Made by a program: the position numbers and the translations under genes | Notes under the pieces: model-generated | Seen by the model: only the letters and a program-made list of their open reading frames with translations | Database searches by the model: none | What the model was told of the DNA's origin: nothing | Assembly: GCF_964194025.1 (NCBI RefSeq) | Contig: NC_134468.1 | Coordinates: forward strand, 13,144,001-13,208,000 | DNA length: 64,000 nt | Direction: 5' to 3' | From: Convolutriloba macropyga | Taxonomy: Eukaryota | Shown: piece by piece, positions 11,821-24,935 of the stretch | How positions within the stretch are numbered: position 1 is the stretch's first letter | Layout: each line of letters starts with the position of its first letter

Positions 11821-14377
11821 TAGCTGAGTTTTTGCGTTCTATTTTATTACAGCTGGAATAAGGCCGCGATTACTTTATCGCAATTAAGAACTGGATTCAA
11901 CTCAATCAGACTAGTGGAAAGCCGCTGAGTTTCCAATTACTTCATTGAAGCGGCTCTGCACAAAAGGATTTCAGAAAGCAACCTGAATTTGAGAGCGAAG
12001 ACAGAAGAGTGAAATATGCTCGAAAAGTGGGTGACATGAAGAAATAACTTGCTCATTGGCTGTTATAAAAGTTAAGGTCAAAAAAATTAGAGCAGATGAT
12101 CACAGTAGATTCAGCCAAACATTTCAAAATATTTAAAAAGCTTCAATTGTCGAAAACTGCCAATTCTTGTGACAATACAAAAACCAGAAGCTAACAGAAA
12201 AAGATTTCAGGATTCAGCCGCTACAGCGTTTTCAATAAAGCATGTACAATACTTACTGAAGGTACGTGTTTAGCATTGAAAACGAGTCAGTTTAAATTGA
12301 GAATAATTCTTTTCTTCTGAATGACACATATTCTTTTAACCGGAACTAATATTGAAGTACTTTATTCATTCGAACTGCTGATTAACTTAAATGCCAAACT
12401 CAAACAAAACATCATAATATCCATTTGAATCCTAGTTGTGATACTCAGTGATTGTAGCTGAATATTTTTGTTGCGATTTGATCTATTTTTGTCATCTGGA
12501 ATAGAGCAGCATTTATTGACAGCAGCGCAGTTAATCTACTTATTTTCTGTTTGGTCGTAGTCGTCTTTTTAATAATTTTGACTGAAAAAATGGTTGCCGA
12601 TTGCCTTGACTTGATCGTCAACTGAAGCTACGATCGTTGTGGTCTCGAATTGATCATCGTTTAGATTATTCACACTGGTTTTTGTTTTCCATTTTTTTTT
12701 GCTTTTTCTACCGACTTTGTCAAAGTGATTCGTTATACAGAACTGGCTGCATTAAATTTCATGTGTGGGGCAATTTTGTCGACGCAATAGAGACCAATTG
12801 TTACCATAATTTGGACAGAGGGTTGGTTTACGTGGGTTGGCTTAGAGATTGAAATTTATAGTAGTTTTGCACGTTACTCACCGACTGGTTTGCTCCGGAG
12901 GCTCCTGTATATGCAGGAACACTGGAGATTTTTAATTATTTTTTCATCCCGATTTCAATGTTTTTTGCCTATTCTAAAGCACTTTTAGGTTCGATTGTCC
13001 TTTGAGTAGCTCTCGCTTTATATCTCCATCTAGCACATTTGCCAAGAAAACATCACGGATGATAGAGTCTTTGTGGCTTCCAACATCAAAATTGAGAAAG
13101 TGAGAGAGGGAGAGAGAGTTCCCTCAAGCAGCCGTAGAATGTCTCATTGGGCTCTCCTTTCGGTTGTTGGCGGGTCAAAAACTTATAGCAATCAAATGTC
13201 ATGATTTGTTGCTTAGTGAATATGATATCCAATATGGCTCACAATTATCTAGTTGTCAATTTGTCAATTTCAGATTTTTTTTAATGAGAGGAAAAAATTT
13301 GAGGTCCTTCCGCACCCCTGCTTAAGTTTGACAGGGAGAGGGTTCCACAGAGGATTACTGCGGCCTCAGTCTTTGGACATTTTTTTCAGCAACGTGTTTT
13401 TAATTGCTCATTTCTTATGCGTCGATCTCGCTCACTTTGAGCTATTTTTTTCCCAACATCCTCTCCATACACTGGTTCTGGTGGAAGTGTTACTTTCTTT
13501 GAGGGAGGTTTGCTGAGATTGTCGATTGAAATACCTATTTGGCAAGAATCGCTATTTTCAATATAACGCGCCGTCGTTAACAGTGTAGAGGGGGTTCGAA
13601 AGCCGGTTTGTCAGAAAAGGGTTCAATTCTGAGAAGTTCTCCTTCTTTGGTTGCTGGCTGTGCCACATGATAATTGGGCTTGATAGCTGAGTTTTTGCGT
13701 TCTATTTTATTACAGCTGGAATAAGGCCGCGATTACTTTATCGCAATTAAGAACTGGATTCAACTCAATCAGACTAGTGGAAAGCCGCTGAGTTTCCAAT
13801 TACTTCATTGAAGCGGCTCTGCACAAAAGGATTTCAGAAAGCAACCTGAATTTGAGAGCGAAGACAGAAGAGTGAAATATGCTCGAAAAGTGGGTGACAT
13901 GATGAAATAACTTGCTCATTGGCTGTTATAAAAGTTAAGTTCAAAAAAATTAGAGCAGATGATCACAGTAGATTCAGCCAAACATTTCAAAATATTTAAA
14001 AAGCTTCAATTGTCGAAAACTGCCAATTCTTGTGACAATACAAAAACCAGAAGCTAGCAGAAAAAGATTTCAGGATTCAGCCGCTACAGCGTTTTCAATA
14101 AAGCATGTACAATACTTACTGAAGGTACGTGTTTAGCATTGAAAACGAGTCAGTTTAAATTGAGAATAATTCTTTTCTTCTGAATGACACATATTCTTTT
14201 AACCGGAACTAATATTGAAGTACTTTATTCATTCGAACTGCTGATTAACTTAAATGCCAAACTCAAACAAAACATCATAATATCCATTTGAATCCTAGTT
14301 GTGATACTCAGTGATTGTAGCTGAATATTTTTGTTGCGATTTGATCTATTTTTGTCATCTGGAATAGAGCAGCATTT
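10652..14377. repeat. Recent ~1.86 kb tandem duplication (10652-12514 / 12515-14377)
   Basis: Very few differences between copies by eye. Confidence 0.92.
12515..13690 (-). mobile_element. Third, gag-only Gypsy fragment created by tandem duplication
   Basis: Near-identical to 10652-11826 at an offset of ~1863 bp (ORFs 11390 and 13253 are almost identical). Confidence 0.88.
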
Positions 14378-14768
14378 CCACTATCGCAATTACGAAGTGA
14401 ACTTGTCTCAATCAGATAAGTAGAAAGCTGCCGCGGTTCAAATTTTTTTTTTGAAGCAGCTCATCACAGAAAGATTTGAGAGAGTAACCAGAATTTGAGA
14501 TTAAAATCAGAAGAATGAATTATGCTTAAAGAGTGGGTGACATAGACGATCCACTGCTCTTTAGATTGGAGACAAAATTAGATCAAGTGAACACCATTTA
14601 CTAATGTCAATGTAACATTGGAAGGTAATGTAGTAAGGAATTATCTTCTGTGCCAAATATCCGTCTCTTCAAATCAATAATTTTACAACAGATTTTTTTT
14701 ACTTTGGTGAACTATTTGAAACGAATAATAACCAGTGCATATACCAACGTATGATAACAAGCAATAAT

Positions 14769-14841
<73 letters not shown>

Positions 14842-15369
14842 TATAGATATAAATATTGACTGGTTATCATAACTAAAAAATGTATATGCACTGGTTATCA
14901 TAGCTAGTGATTGTAATAATACGGAATTGTACTGTGTTTTAAGGTGATCATTTTTCCCGTCATTCATTGTGGCAAAAGTATGTATTCAAAACAGTTATTA
15001 GCGAAAATAAGTGAGGCATGGAAATGTGATACATTTCAAAATAATAACATAATGAGAGTATTGAGGAAATGAATAACTGCATTGGAACAGATAATTAATT
15101 TGATTGCAATATAACTTACATTGTACAATTAAATAAACAATATGGAATGCCGGAAGAATTGAGGGTTAAATAACGCAACACTGTATTAAAATTGTTTGAA
15201 TACCTAAGTTCAAACCTGATTTCTGGCATGAAAAAGAGACTAACTGATTTTTCTCTCATAATCCTCATATTAACAATTGGTCGGAAATGAGTGAATCCAA
15301 GGGTCTGATCCGAGGTCAAGAAGGCTTACCATTGCTAAATTGAATGTGGTTTTATCCGCGGGAGGAAGA

Positions 15370-18300
15370 TTTGACACTTCTTGATGCTCTGAGGCAATTT
15401 CATGGTTGTCATACCGAGAGCGTTTTGAACCGTTGTTTTCATCTGATTCAATGACAGAGTTCCTTTTGCTTTGATTCTCAAATCCATAGTATTTGAGAGC
15501 ATTTCGTGGTCGTTTTTCAGTCGAAGTTGAAGGAGTCGACTGAGCGGACGAGAAGCAGGTGGCGGCACTACTTCGACGGGGTGAAAAAAGCAATGGCTTT
15601 TTTGGCTTTCTGGCAGACATTGACTAAGATATATTCTATTTTGCTGAGGAAACACTAGAAATGTTATCTGGCCAAAGACGGCAAATCTTTAAAGCACCTC
15701 AGTTTTTTTTTCAAGTCTTTCGTGCGGGTTCAAAATTTTATCTTCGGTGATCTGATCATATGGGCGAGGCTGACATTGGCGCGTTGCCATAAATTCGAGC
15801 TGCTCCCGGCCTTGGTGCCCAATTCAGCGATGTCGCTTTTCCGTACGCAAATTTCCTAAACTCCTGGCTCCCTAGTTACTGAAGTTGTGCCTGAGATTCG
15901 AGTGACGAGTAGCCCAGGTGAAAAAGTTTTATTAGAGGCCGTGTGAGTCATGTTTTGATCAATTCTTAACTTTTCGAGCCATTTTGTGTTCCAATGCTCA
16001 GTGTGGGTTAAGAGATTTGTCAATATTGTGTTCATGATGAATCTAGATATCAATTTTTTTTCTGACCGTTGAAATTTCGTCCAGCACCATTTGAGCTTTC
16101 GTCATGTCCCCCTCAAATTTTAGGTCCCTCCTACTGTTGTGGCCCCCCCATTTTTCTCTAGATAGTCAGAGACGAGTACGACATCATTGTCTAAATAGTG
16201 ACTTAAAAGTCTTCGGATTAGATAGATTTGTGCTGTTGGGATCAGTACTTCTATTATTAAGCTTTGGGTTTGGCAGTCTGCATTAGTGTGCTTGGAAAAG
16301 TGGCACTTCTGTGGTCTTTTGTTTGCATATCGGTAATTGATATACAGTTGGTTTAATTGATGAATGTATTGTAAATGCCATTGAACTGTTTGCGAATTCA
16401 ATGTATCCCAATCTTCTCTGAATGGTTTGGATTAAACTTCCAACTACTTCTATTGCTCTATGATCATTGGTTGGTGCCGTGATTATATTAATGTTGTTGT
16501 TTTTAAAGGAAATTTTGACTTTATATCCGATGAGACATAGCGCCTGATCTCATGGAATATTTTGGGGTACACTATGTATGTGTATACAGTCTTCTAAAAA
16601 TTTTACAACACTATGACCATTAGCTTGTTCGAAAACGTAAGTTGTTGGATTCATTGAAAAGCGATCAATACATGCAAGAAAATGAATATCTTGTTCCTTT
16701 TTGTCTGATAGTGCTCCTAAAAGTCTTTGTATTTCATCGCTTGGTTTGGAACAGTTTTCTAACGGTCGTCTCTGTGACGCGGGTATTATAGATCTGAGGT
16801 TCTAACAATATCAGTACAGGGTTTACACTTAGCATTCTCCATTAGAAATTCCTTGTGCATATAGGGCCAAAACGAGTGTTGTCCCAGTGAGATCATTCCC
16901 CAGCTGCCAGGCTGAGTCACATGCAACGACTCGTGAACTGCCTCTTGTATGAAATTAGATAGCAGCACACGTTGAATCTAAACGCATACGGACCGGACGT
17001 TGAGATCCCGCAAGATCCCTCAAGTATAATTGTAAATAATTGCTTACCACGAATCTTTGCTCATATTTTTGGAGGATACACACTCTCATTTTCTTAAAAA
17101 CGGCACCTCCTGTTGTTTATACTGCGTTAAAACTTTTTGTGAGGAGTTTTGTGAGGTTTGTTTGAAGACTTTTTCGCGCGAGAATTTAATGTTTGGTTAT
17201 GAACGCTCTGTCGAGGACCTCGTCATGTTGACATCTGTGTTGTGTGTAGACTAGAAGGTCACACCTCCACGGTTTGTAGGGGGAGTGGATGGCAAAGCAT
17301 CAGTGCTACTCGTATTGTTTTTTTAGTGTGATAGTGTGCTGGAAATGCGTTACGACTGCAATGTTCAATTGAAGCAACTCATCTGTACGACGATTAGGTG
17401 CAGAAAGCAATTCAGAATTGTTTAATAATTGAGTATTAGTGGCACGAGGGAAATGTTCGTCATTCACCGCGTTAGTCTGTCGTGCCAATTGTTGCAATTG
17501 CAAATTCGTTGTCATTTTTGATAGTATTTTTTGCTTTTTGATTTGGTTGGCGCAGAAAATAATCTACCAGCCCCATTCTGGCGCTCTGAATGTGCAAAAT
17601 GGAATGGCGGTATAAGATCCATTCAACATGTCAATCTACTATTATAGGATTAATTTGAACGATGTTCTTTCATGGTTGGTAAAACAGGTTGATGATCAGT
17701 TATTACGGCGAAAGATTTGTCAAAGAGATAACATTTGAAACATTTTACTGCCCAATCACCGCCTAAAAGTTCTTCTTTTATATTAGGAAAACATTATGCG
17801 TATGCTGCTGTTGGCCATCCTGTAGGTGAACTTTGTTCTAATGCTGCACCTCTTCTGCAGCGAGAAGCATCTCATTTGATTCGGCTATCCAAGTGGGGAT
17901 TTTAGTGTGTGTTTTCTGTTGCTTTTGCGTCTATATTTTTAATGTACTTGAAATGTCCTTCTCAATTATTATTATTTTAAAATTTTGTTATTTTAGAAGT
18001 AGTGGACGTAATAAATGAAAAAATTGTAAAATTTTGAGATTAACATTCCTTTATTATGTATCGAGTCGAGGAATGAATTGTTTAAGAGTTTAAGGTGCTG
18101 GAAGAAATGAAATTGCCGATGTTTCTGTCTCAAGTGGTGGGATGCCTGACTGACTAAATATAAAGCTCAGCCGTCCCATTTCTATTTTCGAAAAATAACA
18201 TCTAGGAAGACTAATGCGAAGATTGTTGTCAAGTTTTTTAGGACATTTAAATACTAGTTTAAAGCCTCCTTCTTTTGAACCACGGCTTTTATTTATGGTG

Positions 18301-18915
18301 GCGTCTAATAAAAGACGTAAGCGTTTGTTAAACCAACTAATTTATAATCCATATGTTTTTGAAAATCTGCCGGCGTATCAGTTAAGCCGTAGAAACCTGT
18401 AATGAAGCGATGTGTTCCGGTATGTTCGCCGTTTATAATATTGAAGTTGCAATGGCGTGACGTTTCCGGGTCTAAATTTAATTGACTGTAAGCGCATTTC
18501 GAATCCAGTTTTGTATTGTATCTGCTGCCTGAGTTGTTGCTTGTGGATTTTGATGTATCGTGTCTAATAAATTATCAATTTTTGGCATCTAATATTTGTT
18601 TTTATGAAGATTTTGGATTCTAGCGTTAATTTCAAAGCTTTATTCTTTTTCACAGTGATTACAATTGGGGGATGAAATCTTTATCTGAACAACTATTTGG
18701 TTTTACTATCTGTTTTTCACCTATGAATTTTTGTATTTCAAAATTGACTAAATTTAGAGATTAATAGGAACACGTTGCCCTTTTTGATACGTTGAAGTGA
18801 AATTTTGTACAATATTACTGTGCTTTTACGTGACATACTACAATTACTACAATATGATATCAGGCCATTGATGAGCGTTTTCTATTCTGATGGTTAATTG
18901 CAGTGAGTAACAATA

Positions 18916-18970
<55 letters not shown>

Positions 18971-20770
18971 GATTGATAAATGGAAAGATCTAATTGTTAA
19001 TAGAGAACCCTAACAATAAAAGGCCAATGACTGTCTTCAACAGTGGTTACTTTAATTTGTTTATCCTGTCAATCATTACCATTACTGTTGTTGATAATCG
19101 TGCCCATAGTCTTGATAATGTCGTTTGAGAAATTTTTCTAGTCTTGTTAGTCTTCAGTTGTCCAAAAGCTGTATTCATTTCGATTGACCACTTCGTTAAC
19201 CAGATTTTCGGTTTTTTGTGCAAACACTTCCGAAATCCAACAACGCTTTCGTCTCTATTGTTTTGAAATGTATTTGAAGATTTACCAATTCCACTTTACG
19301 GGTAGTCCTCTTCTTAAACGCTTTGACTGACAAAATGGTTGCCGATTGCCTTGACTTGATCGTCAACTGAAGCTCCGATCGTGTTGGTCTCGGATTGATC
19401 ATCGTTTAGATTATTCACACGGGTTTTTGTTTTCCATTTTTTTTGCTTTTTCTACCAACTTTGTCAAAGTGATTCGTTATACAGAACTGGATGTATTAAA
19501 TTTCATGTGTGGGGCAATTTTGTCGACGCAATAGAGACCAATTGTTACCATAATTTTGACAGTGGGTTGGTTTACGTGGGTCGGCTTAGAGATTGAAATT
19601 TATAGTAGTTTTGTACGTTACTCACCGACTGGTTTGCTCCGGAGGCTCTTGTATATGCAGAAATACTGGAGATTTTTAACTAGTTTTGCACCCCCATTTC
19701 AATGTTTATTGCCTATTCTAATAAACTTTTAGGTTCGATTGTTCCTTGCGCAGCTCTCGCTTTATTTCTCCATCTAACATATTTGCTAAGAAAACAAAGT
19801 CATTTGTCATACAGCACTTGGTGTGTTAATTTTCAGAAGTTGGGCAATTTTATCGACGCAATGGAGACCAATTATTACCATAATTTGGACAGTGGGTTGG
19901 TTTACGTGGGTCGGCTTAGAGATTGAAATTTATAGTAGTTTTGTACGTTGTTCGCCGACTGGTTTGTTCCAGCTGCTCCTGTATATGCAGAAATACTGGA
20001 GATTTTTAATTAATTTTGCATCCCCATTTCAATCTTTTTTGCCGATTCTAATGCACTTTTAGGTTCGATTGTCCTTTGAGTAGCTCTCGTTTTATATCTC
20101 CATCTAACATATTTGCCGAGAAAACATCAAGGATGATAGAGTCTTTGTGGCTTCCAACATCACAATTGAGAAAGAGAGAGAAAGAGAGACCCCTCAAGCA
20201 GCCGTAGAATGTCTCAATGGGTTCTCATTTGAGTTGTTTGCGGGTCAGAAACTTAAAGCAATCAAATGTGATGATTTGTTGCTTCTTGAATATGATATCC
20301 AATAGGGCCCACAATTATCTGGTCGTCATTTTGTCAATTTCAGATTTTGTTTAATGAGAGGAAAAAATTGGACGTCCTTCCGCACCCCAGCTTAAGTTTG
20401 ACAAAGAGACGGCCCTACTATTACACAGCTTCCATCGATGGTCTCCACAGAGGATTACTGCGGCTTCAGTCTGTTGACATTTGTTCAGCAATGTGTTTCT
20501 AGTTGCTCATTTCCTATGCGTCGATCTCGCTCACTTTGAGCTAATTTTTTCTCAACATCCTCTCCATACACTGGTTTTGGTGGAAGAGTCACTTTCTCTG
20601 AGGGAGGTTCGCTGAGATTGTCGATTGAAATGCCCATTTGGCAAGAATCGCTATTTTCACTATAACGCTCTGTCGTTAACAGTGTAGTGGGGGTTCCAGA
20701 GCCGGTTTGTCACAAAAGGTTTCAATTCTGAGAAGTTCTCGTTCTTTGGTTGCTGACTGCGCCACATGAG
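15370..20770 (-). mobile_element. Decayed Ty3/Gypsy LTR retrotransposon, most complete copy
   Basis: Order on - strand: gag (~20770-19330, VTLPPKPVYGE and degenerate CCHC knuckles), protease (KALLDFGSVCT, ~19260-19220), RT (~18600-18270), RNase H (DASR..GAALEQ..GW, ~17875-17790), integrase zinc finger (HVTQPGSWGM..FWPYMH..CKPC, 16968-16810). RT-RH-IN order is Gypsy-type; many stops and frameshifts. Confidence 0.9.
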
Positions 20771-21720
20771 TTTTTGCGTTCTATTTTATTACAGCTGGAA
20801 TAAGGCCGCGATTACTTTATCGCAATAAAGAACTGGATTCAACTCAATCAGACTAGTGGAAAGCCGCTGCGTTTCCAATTACTTCATTGAAGCGGCTCTG
20901 CACAAAAGGATTTCAGAAAGCAACCTGAATTTGAGAGCGAAGACAGAAGAGTGAAATATGCTCGAAAAGTGGGTGACATGAAGAAATAACTTGCTCATTA
21001 GACTGAGGGTAAATTTAGTTTAAGTGAACAAGATTTGGGAAAGTCAAGGTAACAAGGGAAGATAAGTGGGCAAAGAATTAACTTCTCTACCACAAGAGTC
21101 AAATTTGTCAGCAAGACCGATATTTTAGAGTGAAATTGAATTCTCAGCCGAATACTGGACAAAAACTGATTTCAATCCCGGGTTGCGGAACTTGAACTAT
21201 CAATACTAAAAAAATATCATTTTGAGTACAAATCCACTAAAATTAATGTCAAGCGAGAGCATAGCAACTAAACTTTACAAACTATGTCTTGGAGTTGCAG
21301 AAGTTCTTTTTTCTTTTACAAAATGTCAATAGTTATGAGCCAAATAATCCTAGCTGATTTTCTTGCTTCTCAAACAAGCAGACGTCTAAGCTGATTGAGT
21401 TTGACTAAATAAACAACGAACAACAGTTTCAGAGGTTTCTTAGATTTTGACAGATTCAAGAAAGGTTTACAGATTACAGGAAATAGACGCTAGATGACGT
21501 GGATTACAGTGCATAATTGCAATAATTTTAAAGATAAGGTTTTTGAAATCCAAGCACAGCATTTTTGAAGCAAATTTTATAAATATACAAGAGAAAACAT
21601 TAATTGCTGACGAAAATTAGGCAATGGAACTTATTTTAAAAGGTTTGGCCACTGGATCACTTCTTAGTTCTTTGTTCTTTGTTTTTTTAAAAATTACGTT
21701 GATTACTTGATGATGGTCCC
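20770..21720 (+). pseudogene. Probable decayed LRR plus transmembrane gene fragment
   Basis: RNNLLIRL (~20980-21005), ELTSLPQ, KNIILSTNPLKLM (21210-21248), then hydrophobic MELILKGLATGSLLSSLFFVFLKITLIT (21624-21707). Confidence 0.45.
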
Positions 21721-22051
21721 AAAAAACAGCAGATGAATTTTTATAGAAAGCATAATAATCAAACTGCAGGTTAGAACATAGGTACTTAAAATCAAATTAG
21801 AAATATCACAACGCAACAATAATTAGTAAGTTCTAATGCCCCTGAAGCCCCAAAAAATAAATTCAAAACGTCAAAACAAGTTCGTTTCTCAGGAAAAACT
21901 TTAAAGTTTGGAAAGTTTTAAATCAAATTGGTCACAGTCTTTAACTGCTAGGTTGTTTTAGGTAGTTCTGGGATGTAAGTAAACGCAAGGCAACACTGCT
22001 CAAATTTTTTTTGTCTTTTTATCTTTTAGCACGAAAGGGTACAAAAGCTTA

Positions 22052-24935
22052 CACATACTTAGATTTAGAGGTCCCTAATATTCAGTCATCTGCTAAGGTT
22101 AAAATTTTGGGGGTTACTTTGCCTTTCAATTTGTTTTACTTTTCCCACTGCAGTTTATTCTCAACATTTGTTAATAACTAACAACGAAAAGTAATGCACT
22201 GCTTTTATTGTTAAAAGAAGGTTTGAACCAACTAAAATTCATTGTGTGCACAGGAAGAAAAAGTTGTGCTCATGCAAATTTGAGTTCAAAAAAGTCATTT
22301 TTTAGTACTAAAGTGCAATTTTTTATAAATCTAACTGAATGCTCCGGAACCTGTACGCAACTGCAACGTGTTTTGATTTTTTTAATATCTGTTGTTGATA
22401 TCTTTTGTTCAACTTTCGAAAAAGTTAGTTTGTTTTTGAACAAATTCAATTATACCCAATTGGTCTCACGTTTTAGCACAATTAAATTTTCTCTGCAGAT
22501 CTGCCAAACAGCTATACGTTCCATGTCAACTAAACTTTGAGATGATTTTCAGAGAACTCGGTTGCTAAACGGATCATTGAGTTCAAAAATATGCTAAGCT
22601 TTTAACAATTGAATGGTTCACAAGAAATTTCAAGTTAGAACTTTTTCTACAAGTTATAACCTGTTTTTATTTTGACCTGTTTTTCAATTCCTACAAATTT
22701 CTTCAAAAGAATTCAATAATTGTGATCAAAAATTTCATTTAATCTAGTTTTAGATTTAGAGGTTCCTTATACTCAGTCATCACATACTTAGATTTAGAGG
22801 TCTCTAATATTCAGTCATCTGCTAAGGTTAAAATTTTTGGGGTTACTTTGCCTTCCAATTTGTTTTAGTTTTCCCACTGCAGTTTATTCTCAACATTTGT
22901 AAAAAACTAACAACGAAAAGTAATGCACTGCTTTTATTGTTAAAAAAAGGTTTGAACCAACTAAAATTCATTGTGTGCACAGGAAGAAAAGTTGTGCTCA
23001 TGCAAATTTGAGCTCAAAAAAGTCATTTTTTCGTACTAAAGTGCAATTTTTTTTAAATCTAACTGAATGCTCCGGAACCTGTACGCAACTGCAACGTGTT
23101 TTGATTTTTTTAATATCATTTGTTGATATCATTTGTTCAACTTTCAGAAAAGTTAGTTTGTTTTTGAACAAATTCAATTATACCCAATTGGTCTCACGTT
23201 TTAGCACAATTAAATTTTCTCTGCAGTTCTGCCATACAACTATACGTTCCATGTCAACTAAACTTTGAGATGATTTTCAGAGAACTCGGTTGCGAAACGG
23301 ATCATTGAGTTCAAAAATATGCTAAGCTTTTAACAATTGAATGTTTCACAAGAAATTTCAAGTTAGAACTTTTTCTACAATTTATAACCTGTTTTTATTT
23401 TGACCAGTTTTTCAATTCCTACAAATTTCTTCAAAAGACTTCAATAATTGTGATCAAAAATTTCATTTAATCTAGTTTTAGATTTAGAGGTTCCTTATAC
23501 TCAGTCATCACATACTTAGATTTAGAGGTCCCTAATATTCAGTCATCTGCTAAGGTTAAAATTTTTGGGGTTACTTTGCCTTCCAATTTGTTTTAGTTTT
23601 CCCACTGCAGTTTATTCTCAACATTTGTAAAAAACTAACAACGAAAAGTAATGCACTGCTTTTATTGTTAAAAGAAGGTTTGAACCAACTAAAATTCATT
23701 GTGTGCACAGGAAGAAAAGTTGTGCTCATGCAAATTTGAGCTCAAAAAAGTCATTTTTTCGTACTAAAGTGCAATTTTTTTTAAATCTAACTGAATGCTC
23801 CGGAACCTGTACGCAACTGCAACGTGTTTTGATTTTTTTAATATCATTTGTTGATATCATTTGTTCAACTTTCAGAAAAGTTAGTTTGTTTTTGAACAAA
23901 TTCAATTATACCCAATTGGTCTCACGTTTTAGCACAATTAAATTTTCTCTGCAGTTCTGCCATACAGCTATACGTTCCATGTCAACTAAACTTTGAGATG
24001 ATTTTCAGAGAACTCGGTTGCTAAACGGATCATTGAGTTCAAAAATATGCTAAGCTTTTAACAATTGAATGGTTCACAAGAAATTTCAAGTTAGAACTTT
24101 TTCTACAAGTTATAACCTTTTTTGTTTTACCCTGTTTTTCAATTCCTACAAATTTCTTCAAAAGATTTCAACAATTGTCATCATAAATTTCATTTAATTT
24201 AGTTTTAGATTTAGAGGTCCCTTATATTCAGTCATCACATACTTAGATTTAGAGGTCCCTAATATTCAGTCATCTGCTAAGGTTAAAATTTTTGGAGTTA
24301 CTTTGCCTTTCAATTTGTTTTACTTTTCCCATTCCAGTCTATTGTCAACATTTGTTGAAAACTAACAACGAAAAGTATTGCACTGCTTTTATTGTTAAAA
24401 GAAGGTTTGAACCAACTAAAATTCATTGTGTGCACAGGAAGAAAAGTTGTGCTCATGCAAATTTGAGCTCAAAAAAGTCATTTTTTAGTACTAAAGTGCA
24501 ATTTTTTATAAATCTAACTGAATGCTCAGGAACCTGTACGCAAATGCAACGTGTTTTGATTTTTTTAATATCTGTTGTTGATATCTTTTGTTCAACTTTC
24601 GAAAAAGTTAGTTTGTTTTTGAACAAATTCAATTATACCCAATTGGTCTCACGTTTTAGCACAATTAAATTTTCTCTGCAGATCTGCCAAACAGCTATAC
24701 GTTCCATGTCAACTAAACTTTGAGATGATTTTCAGAGAACTCGGTTGCTAAACGGATCATTGAGTTCAAAAATATGCTAAGCTTTTAACAATTGAATGGT
24801 TCACAAGAAATTTCAAGTTAGAACTTTTTCTACAAGTTATAACCTTTTTTGTTTTAACCTGTTTTTCAATTCCTACAAATTTCTTCAAAAGATTTCAATA
24901 ATTGTGATAATAAATTTCAGTTAATTTATTTTTCG
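22052..24935. repeat. Tandem array of four ~728 bp units
   Basis: Units start CACATACTTAGATTTAGAGG at 22052, 22781, 23509, 24236; four near-identical ORFs in the track. Confidence 0.97.

Larger units (their letters stand above)
5069..20999. repeat. Older ~7 kb tandem segmental duplication (5069-12056 vs 13920-20999)
   Basis: Units start TGGCTGTTATAAAAGTTAAG (5069, 12057, 13920) and end AATAACTTGCTCAT (12056, 13919, ~20998), with shared block order and shared (TA)n positions. Confidence 0.85.

Noticed and set aside
11390-13516. Duplicated 87-aa + strand ORFs as a gene pair
   Set aside because: They are antisense to decayed gag and duplicated with the block.
14900-21000. Intact LTR pair, PBS and PPT for the Gypsy element
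   Set aside because: No matching terminal direct repeats with TG..CA could be identified; gag abuts host-like sequence at ~20770, so the 5' LTR appears deleted.
22208-24723. Four ~100-140 aa ORFs as intact small genes
   Set aside because: Start at TTG/GTG, no splice or promoter context; better explained as open stretches in a tandemly amplified pseudogene fragment.
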